Shown here piece after piece: positions 42,670-56,978 of a DNA stretch of 64,000 nt. The position numbers and the translations under genes were made by a program. The notes under the pieces are model-generated. The model was given only the letters and a program-made list of their open reading frames with translations, made no database searches and was not told the DNA's origin. The stretch comes from the human T2T-CHM13v2.0 reference genome, Homo sapiens: assembly GCF_009914755.1 (NCBI RefSeq), contig NC_060942.1; one strand, 5' to 3'. Numbering within the stretch: the stretch's first letter is position 1; every line of letters begins with the position of its first letter.

Positions 42670-43690
42670 AGACGTTACCTTTCAGCTGCTTACTTTTTTT
42701 ACTCAGCAACATACCCTGGAGGTCATTTCCAATTAGGAGGATTCCCCGCTTCCTTTTGGCAGCTGTGTAGCACTTCATTGACTGCTGTTTTTGAACATTC
42801 GGGTTTCCAAAATTTTGTTACAATAAAACAACTTGACAATTAGCAGCTTTCTGCATAAGTCAGTTTCTATATTTTCTATTGCAACTTTTGGATAGATTCA
42901 TGAAAGTGAGTTAGGAGAAAGGTTAAATATACTTGTACTTTTGCTATGTATAGACAAATGGAACTCCATAGAGAATGCTATTGAGCATTCACTGAAGTCA
43001 TAGATGAAACGGTCTCTTGGGCCAACAGAATGTTCTGCTAATGTTTTGGGGTTTTGACAGTAAACTAATAATGGTATATAAATGAAATTTTTAATTTGTG
43101 TGCATTTTACAATTTAGCTTTTAATTGGTTTAAGGGATATTTTCATTTATTTTCTGTGAACTGCCTATTCATATCTTTGGTACATTTTTCCAACAGGTTG
43201 TTAGTTTTCTAAAATTATCAATATTTAGGAGAACTGTCAAGTTTATTCTGACTATACTTACTTCAGTTTTACAAATGAATTTTAGAACAATTTTAAAATC
43301 AAGGAAAACAGATATGATCATTGGAATCAGGATAAATTTTAAATTGACTTTAATGAAACCTGTTAATATCGAGACTTCCTTTCCAAAAACATGGTTTGTC
43401 TATTTATTTACATTTCTTTTTTTTTAAGTATATGTTAAAGTTTTCTTCATATAAGTTTCACAAAATTCATTAAGCTTCTATTTAGCTATTAATCACTTGA
43501 GTCAGTATTGGAAAGACATTCTTTCTTTTCATCAATGTTCCAAATAGAAGTCTGCTTTTCTATTAATTTACTATGTTTCTACTTTGCCACATTTCTAATT
43601 AGTTGTAATCATTTTTTATTGATGTTTTTTCCTAAATATTTACTGATGTAGTCTGCATATTGATATTTGTTTTTTGTTTTCCAATTCACG
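42670..43690 (-). mobile_element. Degraded L1ME fragments
   Basis: T-rich antisense L1 3' text (TTTTCTGTGAACTGCCTATTCATATCTTTG). Confidence 0.55.
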
Positions 43691-43696
43691 TCCTTT

Positions 43697-43940
43697 TGTC
43701 TTAGTCTGTTTGTGTTGCTTTAAAGGAATACCTGAGGCTGGTTAATTTATAGAGAAAAGAGGTTTGTTTGACTCACAGTTCCTCAGGCTGCACAGGAAGC
43801 ACAGCGCTGGCATCTGCTTCTGATGAGGGCCTTAGGCTGCTTCACTCATGGCGGAAGGTGGAGAGGAGCTGGCGTGTGCAGAGATCACATGGCAGAGAGG
43901 AAGCAAGGGTGGACAGGAGGTGCCAGTCTCTTTCACAATC
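43697..43940 (-). mobile_element. MSTB-like MaLR LTR (partial)
   Basis: TGTCTTAGTCTGTTTGTGTTGCT.TAAAGGAATACCTGAGGCTGG...CAGAGATCACATGG. Confidence 0.85.
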
Positions 43941-43944
43941 CCCT

Positions 43945-44400
43945 CTTCTATTAAGCAAATATTTCTCGAATACCTATATATGCCAGGTATTGTTCTAGGG
44001 TCTCTGATACATCGGTGAATACACAAGACAAGATCTTTACCCAGAACATGAAACTTGAACTAAAACTTAAGAGGAGGAATTAGCCAAACAAATATTTGAG
44101 CAATGAGTGCTTCAGCAAGAGGACTCATTAGGAGAAGGTGCTAAGATGGACTGTGCCTCGTATGCTTGAGAAATGGAAAGGAATCCATTCTATTGGGAGC
44201 AGACTAGACAGAGGGAGCAAGGAAAGAATATTGGACAGGTGGGACCATAACTATGTGCACTTTGTAGCATTGGACATTTTAGAAAGTGGTCATATTCGGA
44301 GAATTGCTTGAAGGTGAGGCAACAAGATTTCCTGATGGCTTGGATATAAAGTGCAAGAAAAAAATTCCAAATTTTTGTGGAGATAGACTCTCTTGTACAG
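43945..44400 (-). mobile_element. L2 fragments
   Basis: CAAATATTT...TGCCAGGTATTGTTCTAGG...GTGAATA.ACAAGACA. Confidence 0.6.
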
Positions 44401-46774
44401 ATAAATGACAATGATAGGTTGGACATCTGTGGGTTTAGCAGTGTTCACACACTTCCTGATAAATTCAAATATTTATTTCTTCAGATTTTGAGATTTTAGA
44501 TGAATGAATATATGAGTCATTTACATGTTTTTTAAATATATTGTTTGATGCAATAGAGGAGAAATAATCTTAGTCTATAACAAATTGGAAAAGAGTAATT
44601 TTTGATTTGTGTTTGCATACAGTTTTTTTTTCTAACAAACATACCCCTAAATCCTTTGAAATCTTTGAGACACTTGAATTCACAGTCATGAACACTGCAG
44701 AGAAATAGGTTACTTTTGTTCATTTCATCAGTTTTGGATCATATTTTGGAAAAAAAGGATGTGATACACATTTTTTTATTTCATTAAAATTATTTTTAAA
44801 TAATTTTAAGGTCTTTAACCCTAAAATATATGAGGTGACAGAGTTTTGATGTTATTATCCAAGTATAAGTGGGTTCTCATACTTGGGACATCCAAAATAC
44901 ACTTAATAAAATCAGTTTTTTCACTGGAGAATTGCTTATGCCTTCTACCCATGACATCCTTTTGGCACCTACACTATTAATTACTCTCTCTGCTAGAGGC
45001 AAGATATGAAAGAGAATAGAAATTGGAGCTTTGTTATATACACTGGCATGCTGACCACGTAAAGCTAACATTTATATAACATATTATTTTTGTGGAATGC
45101 ATACGTGTCAGGGTAGAATGAACTTGGAGGGCTAGAAGACTAAATAATTGAGTTTCAATTGTGCGGTGATTTTATTGTGTTGATACAAATCTGTTCTCCA
45201 TTTAACCCTGAACACTGAACCTTGATTGATATGAAGACAAAGATTTTCAACCCCTCCTCTATTTATAAAGTATTGGTGCTGCAGAGTTTTGTTGCATTTT
45301 GAAGGGAAACTCTGAAAATTTCTAAACCATTAAACATTGTAATTTTTTTTCTCATCAAAACTTTAAATTCTTTCCTAAATGAAGAACACTTTGAGATGAT
45401 TAGATGAAAGCACGAAAATGGGTAGTCAACTTGACGTGAGAAGAACGAGAGACCGTGAGGAAAATGAGACTCCAGCTCATCACTTTCTTAGCACACAACG
45501 CTGCAAATCACCCGCTCATTTCTCCAAGCTACAGATTTGACTAAGCATAAGAATTTGAATACATTCTTGAACCAATTCGGAGAACTCTAATGTGCATTCT
45601 TCTATTTTCCATAATGCGGACGTCGCTTCTCTGACAAGCCTGTATGTACTCTTTGAGACTCTAGTTCTGGTTCGATTTGTGACCTTAGGCAAATCACATT
45701 TTTTTCTATCATAGATTTCTCATCTGTAAAATGATAATGCCATGTTCCCTCACATCAAGACACAAATGACTGTTTAATAGCTGTAAGGCACCATTACACT
45801 AAACAGCATAAAATACTAAAGAGAAACAGGCAACCATTCAAAACAAAAATAAAACAAAACTAAAGTCTCATCCACCGTTATGCTTTGGTAGGATTGCTGA
45901 CTTCTGTCACTTCCTTCCTAAAATCACCCAGCTGAATATGTTTGTGAAAAGATGGACTAAGATGAAACACATCCATGTAACATTTTGCTTCCCTTCTGCC
46001 TTTCAGATATGCATGGATACCAACCGGTACCATGTTCACTTGCCATTCTCAGAGACACTGGGCCTCTCTGACCTCTAGGCTCTCATCTCTATGCCTAGCA
46101 TATCAACAAGCTAAGTTTCCTGTCCCGAAAATCCTGCATATTTGGATAAAGTGTGTCTTTATGAAGGTACACAAAAAGTTTACCTTTGTTCCTATGCATA
46201 ATTACACAAGGGTGGAGAACACACAAACATTGTGTCACTATCAATATATTGGCTCTTGTTTCTTCTCCATTGCGGTTTTAGAGAGGCAAAATCACTTGAT
46301 AGATATACAGAAATGTTGGGTTATTTAACGTAGCTGGCAGGAAAATTCCCACCTGTCCCCAGCCTCATTCTCCACTCATTGGCTGATGTCCATTTCCATG
46401 GCCTCAAAATTTTTCATAATTCATTGCTGATCAGAAGACCTTAGCTTGTTTCTATCGCCCATTTCACAGACACCTCAGCCCCACACCCATAGACCCATGG
46501 AAGTTCAGATCTGAAGCTGGGCTGTGTTTTTTTCTCTGCCTCCTCTATCTCTTCATTCCATGATGACATCTGAAATATAGAAACTGATCTACTGTATTGA
46601 TAATCTGAATTTCTGTAATTGCCTATTTCTTTTTTTCTATTAGTTTTTAACACAATATAATTTATTTCAGGTCTTAGGGTTTCATTTCCAAATTGGGTTC
46701 CTCTTGAGAAAGATTTTTGGAACTTTCTGAAAAAGGCTACCTGGCCCCAACCAAACCCACTGCATCAGCCCATG

Positions 46775-46950
46775 GGGAGGATCCCAGGTACTTGTATCTT
46801 TTAAAGCTCACGGCTGATTTAGCACCCAATGAGGATCCGTACCTTAGGGCAGTGTTGCTTCACAAAGTGTGCAGTTTTGCAAATCATGTATATCAGAGTC
46901 TCCTGGAGATTTTATAAAAACGCCAATTCCAAGGCCAAATCCAGAACAGT
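46775..46950. mobile_element. MER5-type DNA transposon fragments
   Basis: CAGTGTTGCTTCACAAAGTGTG...ATCAGAGTCTCCTGG...CCAAGGCC. Confidence 0.55.
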
Positions 46951-47439
46951 CTGCAGGACAGCAAGCACCCTCACCCGAAGCCAGTGATCCCCAAACCCGG
47001 TCTCTGGTTGTCAGTGGGACGGCACAGGAAGCATTCCGGTCTCCTTTGGGTTTCAGTCCTCTTTGACATCCTGTTCTATACAACCTCACAAAAACCCTCT
47101 GTCCTTTCAGGGTCAGAGCATATCAAGCCACTGTGGGCAAGATCACAGTCCTCCAAAAAAAGCAAAAGCCTCCTAAGGAAACACGGCTCAATCATGAGCT
47201 ACGTGTCCCCAGATCAACGCCTTCCCCATCCCACCACAAGGAGGATTGAGAGGTTGCCCAGGGATCCATGTCTGGGAAATCTGCTGCTTGCTCCCACTCC
47301 CGTTAAGTGCGTCCTGGCAATTGTTTGTTGAAGAAAACCCCTCCTCTAGCAGAGCACATTGACACTCTGATGTGGACAGGAGCACGTCTCCAGAGTGGAC
47401 TTTGTGATTCAGGAAGCGTGCACCATCAGAGGTAGCCAG

Positions 47440-47690
47440 CCTAGCAATTCAGATTATGTCCTCAGCTCCCAATGACCTGGACTTTATCCCATCCTTACCA
47501 TTAACCACCTGATGATTTTGGGCAAGTTACTTAAACTCTTTGTCCTTCAATCTCCTCAACTGTAAAATAAGGATAGAGGCGTACCTACTTGAGAGGATTT
47601 TTGTAAACGTTAAATGAAGGAATACAAATAAAGCCCTTAGACCTAAGACATAGTAAACACTTAATTCTAAATTATAATTATCGTCATTAA
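47440..47690 (+). mobile_element. MIR
   Basis: TTGGGCAAGTTACTTAAACTCT...CTGTAAAATAAGGAT. Confidence 0.8.
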
Positions 47691-48025
47691 CATCAGACCA
47701 AGAAAAACATATTCCCCAAATACTGGGTAGGAAAGACTCAGAATTCTGGCACTTGCAGGATTTAGAATCAAATCAGAACTTCCTGGCCAATCGTCCATGG
47801 TCTTGCATGTATGGTTAAATATGTTTTCAGCTCTTAGGGTAGCTGAGTGGTGCCTGTGTCTACCAGGAACCCTAGGCTGATCTCCCATCTTGAGCAATCT
47901 CGTCTAGTTTTCCCAGTGCCTTGTGAAAATATTGCCATTTTTTATGTGTGTCATAATATCAAATATGCAAATATCATCATTTTCTATGTGTACCAGGTCG
48001 ATGGCACTGGGGAAGCAATGCACAT

Positions 48026-48419
48026 TGAAATGGTTTGGCTTTGTGTCCTCACCCAAATCTCATGTTGAATTGTAATGACCAATGTTGGAGGTGGAGCCTG
48101 GCGGGAGGTGACTGGACCATGGGGATGATGTCTAACGGTTTAGCACTATCCCCCTAGTGCTGTCCCGTGATTGAGTTCTCATGAGATCTGGTTGTTTGAA
48201 AGTGTATAGCACCTGCCTTTTGCTCTCTCTCTCCTGCTCTGCCATGGTAAGATGTGCCTGCTTCCTCTTCACCTTCTGCCATGATTGTATGTTTCCTGAG
48301 GCCACCCAGCCATGCTTTCTGTACAGCCAGTGGAACTGGGAGTCAATTAAATCTCTTTTCTTCATAAATTACCCAGTCTCAGGTAGGTTCTTATAGCAGT
48401 GTGAGAATAGACTAATACA
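48026..48419 (+). mobile_element. MSTA MaLR solo LTR with 5-bp TSD
   Basis: TG...ATGGTTTGGCTTTGTGTCC...GACTAATACA. TSD CACAT/CGCAT. Confidence 0.92.
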
Positions 48420-49970
48420 CGCATCATCTACGGATGTGCTGAGAGAAGACTGAAGCCTCAAAGTCACCCAAAATTCTGTTGAGTCTTTTGTCAACTCTAC
48501 TCTATTAACCAATGCCACATCTTGACTATTTGGAGAGATCTAGGCTCAATCTTCCCTTTTTTTCTATATTTTATTATTTTAACCTGGGTAAAGATTACAG
48601 ATCAATCATCAGACACATGAACTGCAAGCCTCACAGCCTCTGTGAATAAATGAATAAATAAAATTTTAAAAAGGTAGAGAGTAAAGTATAGAGCATAAAT
48701 AAATCAAATAACTATCAATCAAGATAAGAGAAATTATATACTAATCTAAAATCTGGATTATACAAAAGCTTAACGACACCTAATGATAACAATCATTGAC
48801 GAAATTATGGATCAATAAGTGTGCTTATACACTGACAGAGAGGATAGAAATGATTAAAAACAACTTTGCAAAAAATAGGTGAAATTGCAGATACACACAC
48901 TTGAAGTCTCAGATTTTACTAATATAGTAAAATCTCTCACTCTAGAGAACTCATACACACAGAGAAACACATGCCATGTGGTGCCACCATTGGGAACCAA
49001 CAGCAAGCGTGTCACCAGCTTGGACACTTGGCCCTGGTAGAGTAGATAAATGTCTGCCCTGTCTTTCTGTCTTGTGTGTCTCATTTTCCTCAGGATTTCT
49101 ATTTTTTTTTTTTTTTTTAACCAGGGAGGAAGGGAATCATGGAGGAAGACAGAACTTTTGACTTTTCTTCAATGCAACTGCTTTGTTCCATTTATGGGGG
49201 CATTGCCTCTCTCAGCCCAGGTTGCACCTCATCCTGGTGGCCTTGGCTTTGTGTTGCAGACTCCCTGTCCAGTGGCTGAGATGGCCAGCCTTGTACTCCT
49301 GGGTTGGGTAGTGTAATCATTGCTGCTTTTCTCATTCCTTGCTGTTAGACATATTTTAATGGGGAACGTGCTGGTCTCTGTTTCCACACTTTCCCCTAGG
49401 CACTGCAGTCTCACGTCCTGCACCTGCCTTTTCTATGGTGGATGCTATTTTTTTGTAGAAGACAGATGATATCTTTTTTAACTCGAATATTTAAAGCTCT
49501 TAGACAAGTTTTAGGCATTGCATGAATTCTGAGTACGAACCACTAAACAGAAGATGGGGGTTGTATCAGCAGCAGAGCTGGACTGGTCAGTGTTCAGATT
49601 TCAAAGTAAATCTCTGCTCCTCTGGTTCTGAGTTTTGTTCTCATCTGCTGCAGCATATTTTGAGCAGAGTTGTGACTCCATCTACATCTGCAAATTTTCC
49701 CTGCTGCTGATAGGTTCACATAGCTCTCAAAATACTCTTTGGAAAACTCCTTTTCCTTCAGCAGTAGCTATAGAAGGAGTTTGATTTAAAAAAAAAAAAT
49801 GTCTCTTACTGTTGTTACAGAGAATCTGCCTTTTGGGGGCCCATTGGGGATTCCGTTCTCCTTATTCAGACACCATTTATCGATTGCTTTCTTTTTCTTG
49901 GTCAACTTGATTCTGGCCAAGGCAGAGGTCTTGTTGGGGCTTAGGGGCCCTCCATCCCCTATCTGTCCGA

Positions 49971-50890
49971 TTGTGGGCGGCCTGCCGGTGCTCTAAAGGC
50001 TCAGTCTGTCTGTCTGATTCTGGGCGGCCTGCCGGCGCTCTAAAGGCTCTGTCTGTCTGTCTGTCTGACTGTGGGCGGCCTGCCGGCGCTCTAAAGGCTC
50101 TGTCTGTCTGTCTGTCTGACTGTGGGGCGGCCCGCCGGCGCTCTAAAGGCTCTGTCTGTCTGTCTGACTGTGGGCGGCCTGCCGGCGCTCTAAAGGCTCT
50201 GTCTGTCTGTCTGTCTGACTGTGGGCGGCCTGCCGGTGCTCTAAAGGTTCTATCTGTCTGTCTGTCTGACTGTGGGCGGCCTGCCGGCGCTCTAAAGGTT
50301 CTGTCTGTCTGTCTGTCTGACTGTGGGCGGCCTGCCGGCGCTCTAAAGTCTCTGTCTGTCTGTCTGTCTGACTGTGGGCGGCCTGCCGGTGCTCTAAAGG
50401 TTCTGTCTGTCTGTCTGACTGTGGGCGGCCTGCCGGTGCTCTAAAGGCTCTGTCTGTCTGTCTGACTGTGGACGGCCTGCCGGTGCTCTAAAGTTTCTGT
50501 CTGTCTGTCTGTCTGTCTGACTGTGGGCGGCCTGCCGGTGCTCTAAAGGTTCTGTCAGTCTGTCTGTCTGACTGTGGGGCCTGCCGGCGCTCTAAAGGCT
50601 CTGTCTGTCTGTCTGACTGTGGGGCGGCCTGCCGGCGCTCTAAAGGCTCTGTGTCTGTCTGTCTGTGGACGGCCTGCCGGTGCTCTAAAGGCTCTGTCTG
50701 TCTGTCTGTCTGTGGACGGCCTGCCGGTGCTCTAAAGGTTCTGTCTGTCTGTCTGTCTGACTGTGGGCGGCCTGCCGGTTCTCTAAAGGCTCTGTCAGTC
50801 TGTCTGTCTGACTGTGGGGCCTGCCGGCGCTCTAAAGGCTCTGTCTGTCTGTCTGACTGTGGGACCTGCCGGCGCTCTAAAGGCTCTGTC
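49971..50890. repeat. CpG-rich VNTR, 19 copies of a ~45-53-bp unit with a nested (TCTG)n
   Basis: Unit CTGTGGGCGGCCTGCCGG(C/T)GCTCTAAAGG(C/T)TC(TGTC)3-5TGA. I counted 19 CTCTAAAG cores. Confidence 0.97.
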
Positions 50891-51258
50891 ACACCTTGTC
50901 TTGAATTAAGGATCCGCTGCAGAGTAGATAAATTCACCCAATCTCGAGAGTCCTCATCTCTAAAGTGAAGGTTAAGAATTTTAATCTTTAAATGAGTGTA
51001 TAGAGAGTAACAAAAACAAAATCCAGAAATAACAAAGGTTAATTATTTTGTCATTTTAGCTCCTAGTCTATTTTAAATAAATAAATATTTAAATATACCT
51101 AACATCAAACCATCCCCCTCTCCCATACACCAAGAGTTGACCACTGTCATGATTTTGATGTTCTTCCAAGTCATTTATTTCACATATTCACAAATACATT
51201 CATTTACAGTATGTGGTATTGTTCCTCTTTATGTTTAAATTTTCTTTACCCAAATATC

Positions 51259-51404
51259 TTTTTTTTTTTTTTCTTTGACACAGGCTGTCTTTCTGTTGCC
51301 CAGGCTGTAGTGCAGTAGCATGAACATAGATGGCTCACTGCAGCCTCAACCTCCTGGGCTCAAGTGATCCTCCCACTCTAGCCTCCCAAAGTGCTGGGAT
51401 TACA
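51259..51404 (-). mobile_element. AluJ-type monomer-length element (FLAM/FRAM or recombined Alu)
   Basis: A right-arm-like start joins directly to CCTCCCAAAGTGCTGGGATTACA. Confidence 0.8.
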
Positions 51405-51989
51405 AGATGACCTTGGTCTACATCTTGTTTTGAACTCAGCAGTACGTGTTATTAATCTATCCATGTTGATGCATAATTTTAATTCATCCCATTTCACTGC
51501 CATGGGGTTTCAATGATGAGTATTCCACATTTCATCTGTGTATTTCCCTACAAATGGTTATAAAACTTATTTTCAATTCTAGTTATTAGCAAAAATGCTG
51601 CAATGGTCGTTCTCTGCATGTATTCTTGAACAAATGTGTTAAAATTATCCAAAGTTTTCAGACTTTCTTCTACATATATGGCAAATGTTGTTATCCTGGT
51701 GTTTACATATAGATATATTGTAATTGATTGAATATTATTGATAAAATTATCAGAATGTTATGCCTCAGATAGTTATATCATGAGTATGTACACCAAGAAT
51801 AATAGAATAGGTGCTATTCTGTCTCAATATTAAAATTAGAAATAATGTTTTCATAATGCCAGTGTATTCTCCCACAATTAATGTTAATAGCAAAGAAAAG
51901 GTTTTCTTCACCTCACCCAAGTCATCAAATGTAGTATCACCAATAGTGAGAAGATCTCACCTTATTTTCTTTGATGTGGCATGTTATGA

Positions 51990-52620
51990 GGAAGACAGCA
52001 TGTGCTGAATCGTTCTTGCCAACTTAGTTTAACCTGAATCTAATCAAGACGTCAGAGTTAATATTCAGCTTAGATAAATCAAGGAGTCAGATAAACAAGT
52101 TTAAAAAAGTAAATGAAAATAGTCAGACAAATCTAGAATCTAAAATAAATTATAGAACAATTGCTCTGGTTGCTTCAAAAGTCAAAAACATCAAAAAATT
52201 ATGTGGTAAAACTGTTCAAAATTAAAAGAAGCTGAAAAGATATAATATTCAGAAAAAATATTTTAAAAGATTTAGCCATAAAAGTCACTTTTGAGGTAAT
52301 CGGAAACACAGGCATGTGGCTGGATAGTGGATGATATTAAGGACCTGCTGTTAATTTTCTTAGACTTGATAACAACATTTGGCTGTGCTGGGAAATATCC
52401 TTATTTTTAGGAAACAAAAGCTGAGGTATTTATGGTAAGTTGTCATGATGTCCATAAGTTACTTTCAAATGACTCAGAAAAATTGAAATATATGCATATT
52501 CATAGATGGATAAACATCTAGAACAAATATGGCAAATTATTAACAAGTATTGTATCCATGCGGTTGGTATCAGTTGATACCTATGTCATTCTTTCACTTT
52601 TTCTGCATTTTTGCATTACA
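51990..52620 (+). mobile_element. L1ME 3' region
   Basis: AACCTGAATCTAATCAAG...GATGATATTAAGG...CAAATATGGCAAA...TTCTTTCACTTTTTCTG. Confidence 0.65.
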
Positions 52621-54754
52621 CATTTTTTGTTTTAAATGGAGCTCTGGAAATGGAAATTCATTATAGTAAAACATAGAATAGACTGTACCCTACAAATAGG
52701 CTTAATTATATTTTGCAATCGCCAATGAAATAATATTAGAATGAAAGGAAGGGAAAAAACTGTTGACTTTTCCCATGATAATCAAATAAAGCAATAAAGT
52801 GGGCAGATTCTTTTCTCCTTTTTAGTAAATAATGATGACCTCTTGAGGTCAGGCCACCAGCCTTTGGCCAAATGGCCAGTTTCCTCTGAAAACTGAGCAT
52901 TCAGATCCCTAGGATACAATGTTCCTGCTGGAGTGAAGGTGGCCTGAGGGGCAGAATGCTATTCACCTGGGCTTATAATAAATTCACAAAATGTAGCCTC
53001 TCTCTGATGATTTGATTCCAGAACACTCTCCTCTGTCTTTGCAATCTCCTTTTGATAAGTCACATGAACCTTCACGATGGAGAAAAACCATGTGCTTCAG
53101 GAGCACAAAATACAGCAGAAACAGAAATAATAAACGGCAGCAAAAGCAAAGCATAAAACAGACCGCAAAATGAAGTTGACTATGTCATTTTTCTTTTGTC
53201 TAATAGCCGTATGAAAACAAATCTGATCTGTTTGTTTGTCTTGACCTTTTTATAAAGGTAAAGAGTGAGCAGTGCCTGTTAGATAGGAATGTGATATTGC
53301 TCTCTTAATTGTAAATAGTATTCATAGTTGTATTAAGTACAAATTTATTTCAACTATTGCAATCAAAGAGTAGCTTTGATTTGTATTGTTTAGTTGCCCT
53401 ATTTCTGTTATTTCGCTATTAAAATTATGCACAGTGGTCAGGCCTTCCCCCACTTTTTCTGAAGGATGTTACAGCTATGGTCTGAAGCATTCCACATTCA
53501 TTCGTATTCCTGTATTTATTCCTCATTCAGGATTTGTTTGCTCTGACTAGTATTTGGTATGGCTAATGTCTCACTTTCATTACCAAGAAGTCCATAAGTT
53601 CTAAAGAAACCAATAAATTTACCATTCAAAATTGTGTAACATGTGTGTCTTAAATATAGTAAGTGCACTTATGCATTTCACATAGAAAGTGTTATTTCAA
53701 TATTAATTAAGAATTTTACTTTTTTACACCTGCTCGTTTGGGGGAATCTCCGTGATTATCCAGGTGGTCTTTTTGAAATGTCTAAATAATCTGGTGCATA
53801 TTTTGTGCATGAAATTTTAGACTACTGTAACCAAAGATCTGTTTCCTGTGTTAAACCATAGAATTAATTATGTAATAAAATAGTCATCTACAAAGTCATC
53901 ACAAAATACATAAAATTAGCACAGTACATTGCTCTGTTGATGAAACTACAAGCTTTAACATGTTGTTTTACAGAATGAGTATTGTTTAATAAAGACCTGT
54001 CATATCATGTGGTTTAAATACAGATAATTTATTAAGCTCATGGCTTCCTTTCCATACATAAATAATTAAAATATTAAATATTGATTATACATTTGTAGTA
54101 TCTTGTGAATTTCATCCTTTGAATATAACTTATACATAAATAAAAAAGTAAACTACCAGTTACAAAAACTCATTATTTTCTGCTCTAAAGTCATTGATAA
54201 ACAGGGACATGCGTGTTGCTTTTGCTTACTGTATCATCATTAACCTTTTCTAAAAATGGAGATAAAATTTACAAAGAATGAAATTTACAGAACTGAGGGG
54301 CACATTTGATGAGTTTAGATAAATGTTCACATGCCAATCGCTGTGGGAAATAGTCCCATCACACCACAAAGGTTCTCCTGCCCACGTCAGCAGTCCTCAC
54401 TTCTCCACGCTGCTCTGATTTCCATCCCTGGGTTATGCATTCATTTTTTTTGTTCTTGATCACCACATAAATGAACCATATCATAGGCACTATTTTGTGA
54501 TAAGCTTCCATTTCTTTTAGAGTAAGTCCTGGCATTCGTCCATATAGATGCAAGAGTCAGTAGTTCATTCTTTTTAGTTCATTGTGTAAAACACAATTTA
54601 GTTTTCCATTCTCCTGTTGATAGACATTTGGTTTCTTTTCAGTTTTGACTATTATAAATAAATCAGCTATAAACATTCTTGGACAAGTTATTTTGTCAAT
54701 GTATGCTTTTATTTTTCCTGGATGGATATTGAGAAATGAATTTGTGTGTGTTTA

Positions 54755-55181
<427 letters not shown>

Positions 55182-55259
55182 TTAAAAGAGATATACATTC
55201 TAATAGCTACAAAATGTTACTTTACCGTCGTCTTAATATACATTTTCCTAACAACTAAT

Positions 55260-55693
55260 TACACTAATTTCCTGTGGTTGCCATAAGAATGTACCCCAAA
55301 CTAGGTGTCTTAAAATAACAAAAATTTGTTCTCTTAGTGTTCTATGCTAGAAGTCTGAACTGTAGATATTAGCGGAGCTGGTTTATCTGGAGGCTCCAAG
55401 GAAGACGAGGTTCTGTGCCTTTGTTCTGCTGTCTGGCAGCTGATGGCAACCCTGGCCTTCCTTCATCTTGAAGATGGAGCCTTCTGTCTCTGCCCCTGTG
55501 GTCATGTGGCCTTCTCTTCTTCCCTTACTCTTCTCCCTTCTTATAAGGATGCCAGTCATTTTGGATTTGGGGCCTGTCTTATCCAAAATGGCTTCATCTT
55601 AACCTAGCTGATTAAATCCACAAAACTGTTTTTCCAAATTAGGTCACAGTCTGCAGTTCTAGAATTTTGGAGTGATGCTATTCAACCTGGTGC
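55260..55693 (-). mobile_element. MLT1B/C-like LTR
   Basis: TTTCCTGTGGTTGCCATAA...CTTATAAGGATGCCAGTCAT...TTTCCAAATTAGGTCACA. Confidence 0.8.
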
Positions 55694-56551
55694 ACTCATG
55701 CTAAACACCTATTCATGTGCTTATTTGTCTTTTCTACATGTCCTTATACGTTTTGTTTGTTCAAATCTTCTGCTTTCATTAATTTTTTTTCTGGGGAAAA
55801 GGATGTTTTATTATTGATTCATAGAGATTATTTTTATATTCTCAATAAAAGCTTTTTGTCATATACATGAATATGTTGAGATTTTAAAAATATATACATA
55901 CATATACATATAAAATCTCAAATAATATGTTTGAGTCAGTGTCTTGCCTATTTATTTTTAACAAGGTCTTTTGATGAAAAGAAGATTTTAATTTTGCTTA
56001 AGCCCAATTTATTATTTCCTTGAATATGGTTAGTATGTTTTATACTATATATGTTACATTATGAAGATATTTTGCACTTTTTGTCTAGAAGAATTATAGT
56101 TTTAAATTTTATCTTTATGTCTATTGTGAATTAATTTTGTGTATGGCGAGTAAGGAGCTGAGCTTCACTTTTGTTTCTACATATAGTACACTTATTTCAG
56201 CAATATTTCTTGCAAAGATTATCCTTTTCCTGTTGAATCTCATTACCAAATTTATTGGAAAAGTGTTGGCTCTAGAAGTGTGAAACTTTGTTTTGGCACC
56301 TTTGATTTATTTGCTTATGCTTTTGCCAATACCACATTGACTCGATAATAGTAGTTTTATAGTAAGTCTTAGAATCAGATAGTAGTAGTTCTCCAGCTTT
56401 GTTCTTTTTCAAATTCATTTAGCTATTCTAGACCCTTTGAATTTCCGCATATATATTTTAAATTATCATTTAAATATTTATAAAAGGCCTTCTGTGGTTT
56501 TGATTAGCACTTTCTGAAATCTATAGATCAGTTTAGTGAGGACACAAACCT

Positions 56552-56978
56552 TAGCTATTCTGCAATGAATACATATTTCAAAAATATGTTGCACATGATA
56601 AACATACAATTTTTATTTGCATGTTTATATAGTAAAAAATTAAAATGAAAAAATCTAAAGCAAAAAACTTTTGAGTCTTGCAATCCAGGACCAGGATCTA
56701 TGTCTTTTATTATCGACATCTTTTAAATGCATTGTCCTTTTCAGTTTCAAGGTCTTGCATATCTTTAGAGCTTTTGACTGTAGTTAATAACAATGTAATA
56801 TATTCTTGAAAATTGCCAAGAGAGTAGATTTTAGGTGTTTTCACTACAAAAGAATGATAAGTCTATGAGGTAATGCGTATGTTAATTAGATTGACTTAAC
56901 CATTCCACAATGTACACATATTTCAAAACAACATGTTGCGTATGACAAATGCATATAATTTTTGCCAATTAATAAAGA
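56552..56978 (+). mobile_element. Two short L1MA 3'-end insertions (56552-56655 and 56775-56978)
   Basis: Both contain (C)ATTC..CAATG...ACATATTTCAAAA...ATGTTG followed by an A-rich tail. Confidence 0.7.

Noticed and set aside
49971-50890. Regularly spaced repeats resembling a CRISPR array, and their repetitive ORFs
   Set aside because: The 'spacers' are just (TCTG)n rather than unique sequence, there are no cas genes, and the context is primate. It is a VNTR.
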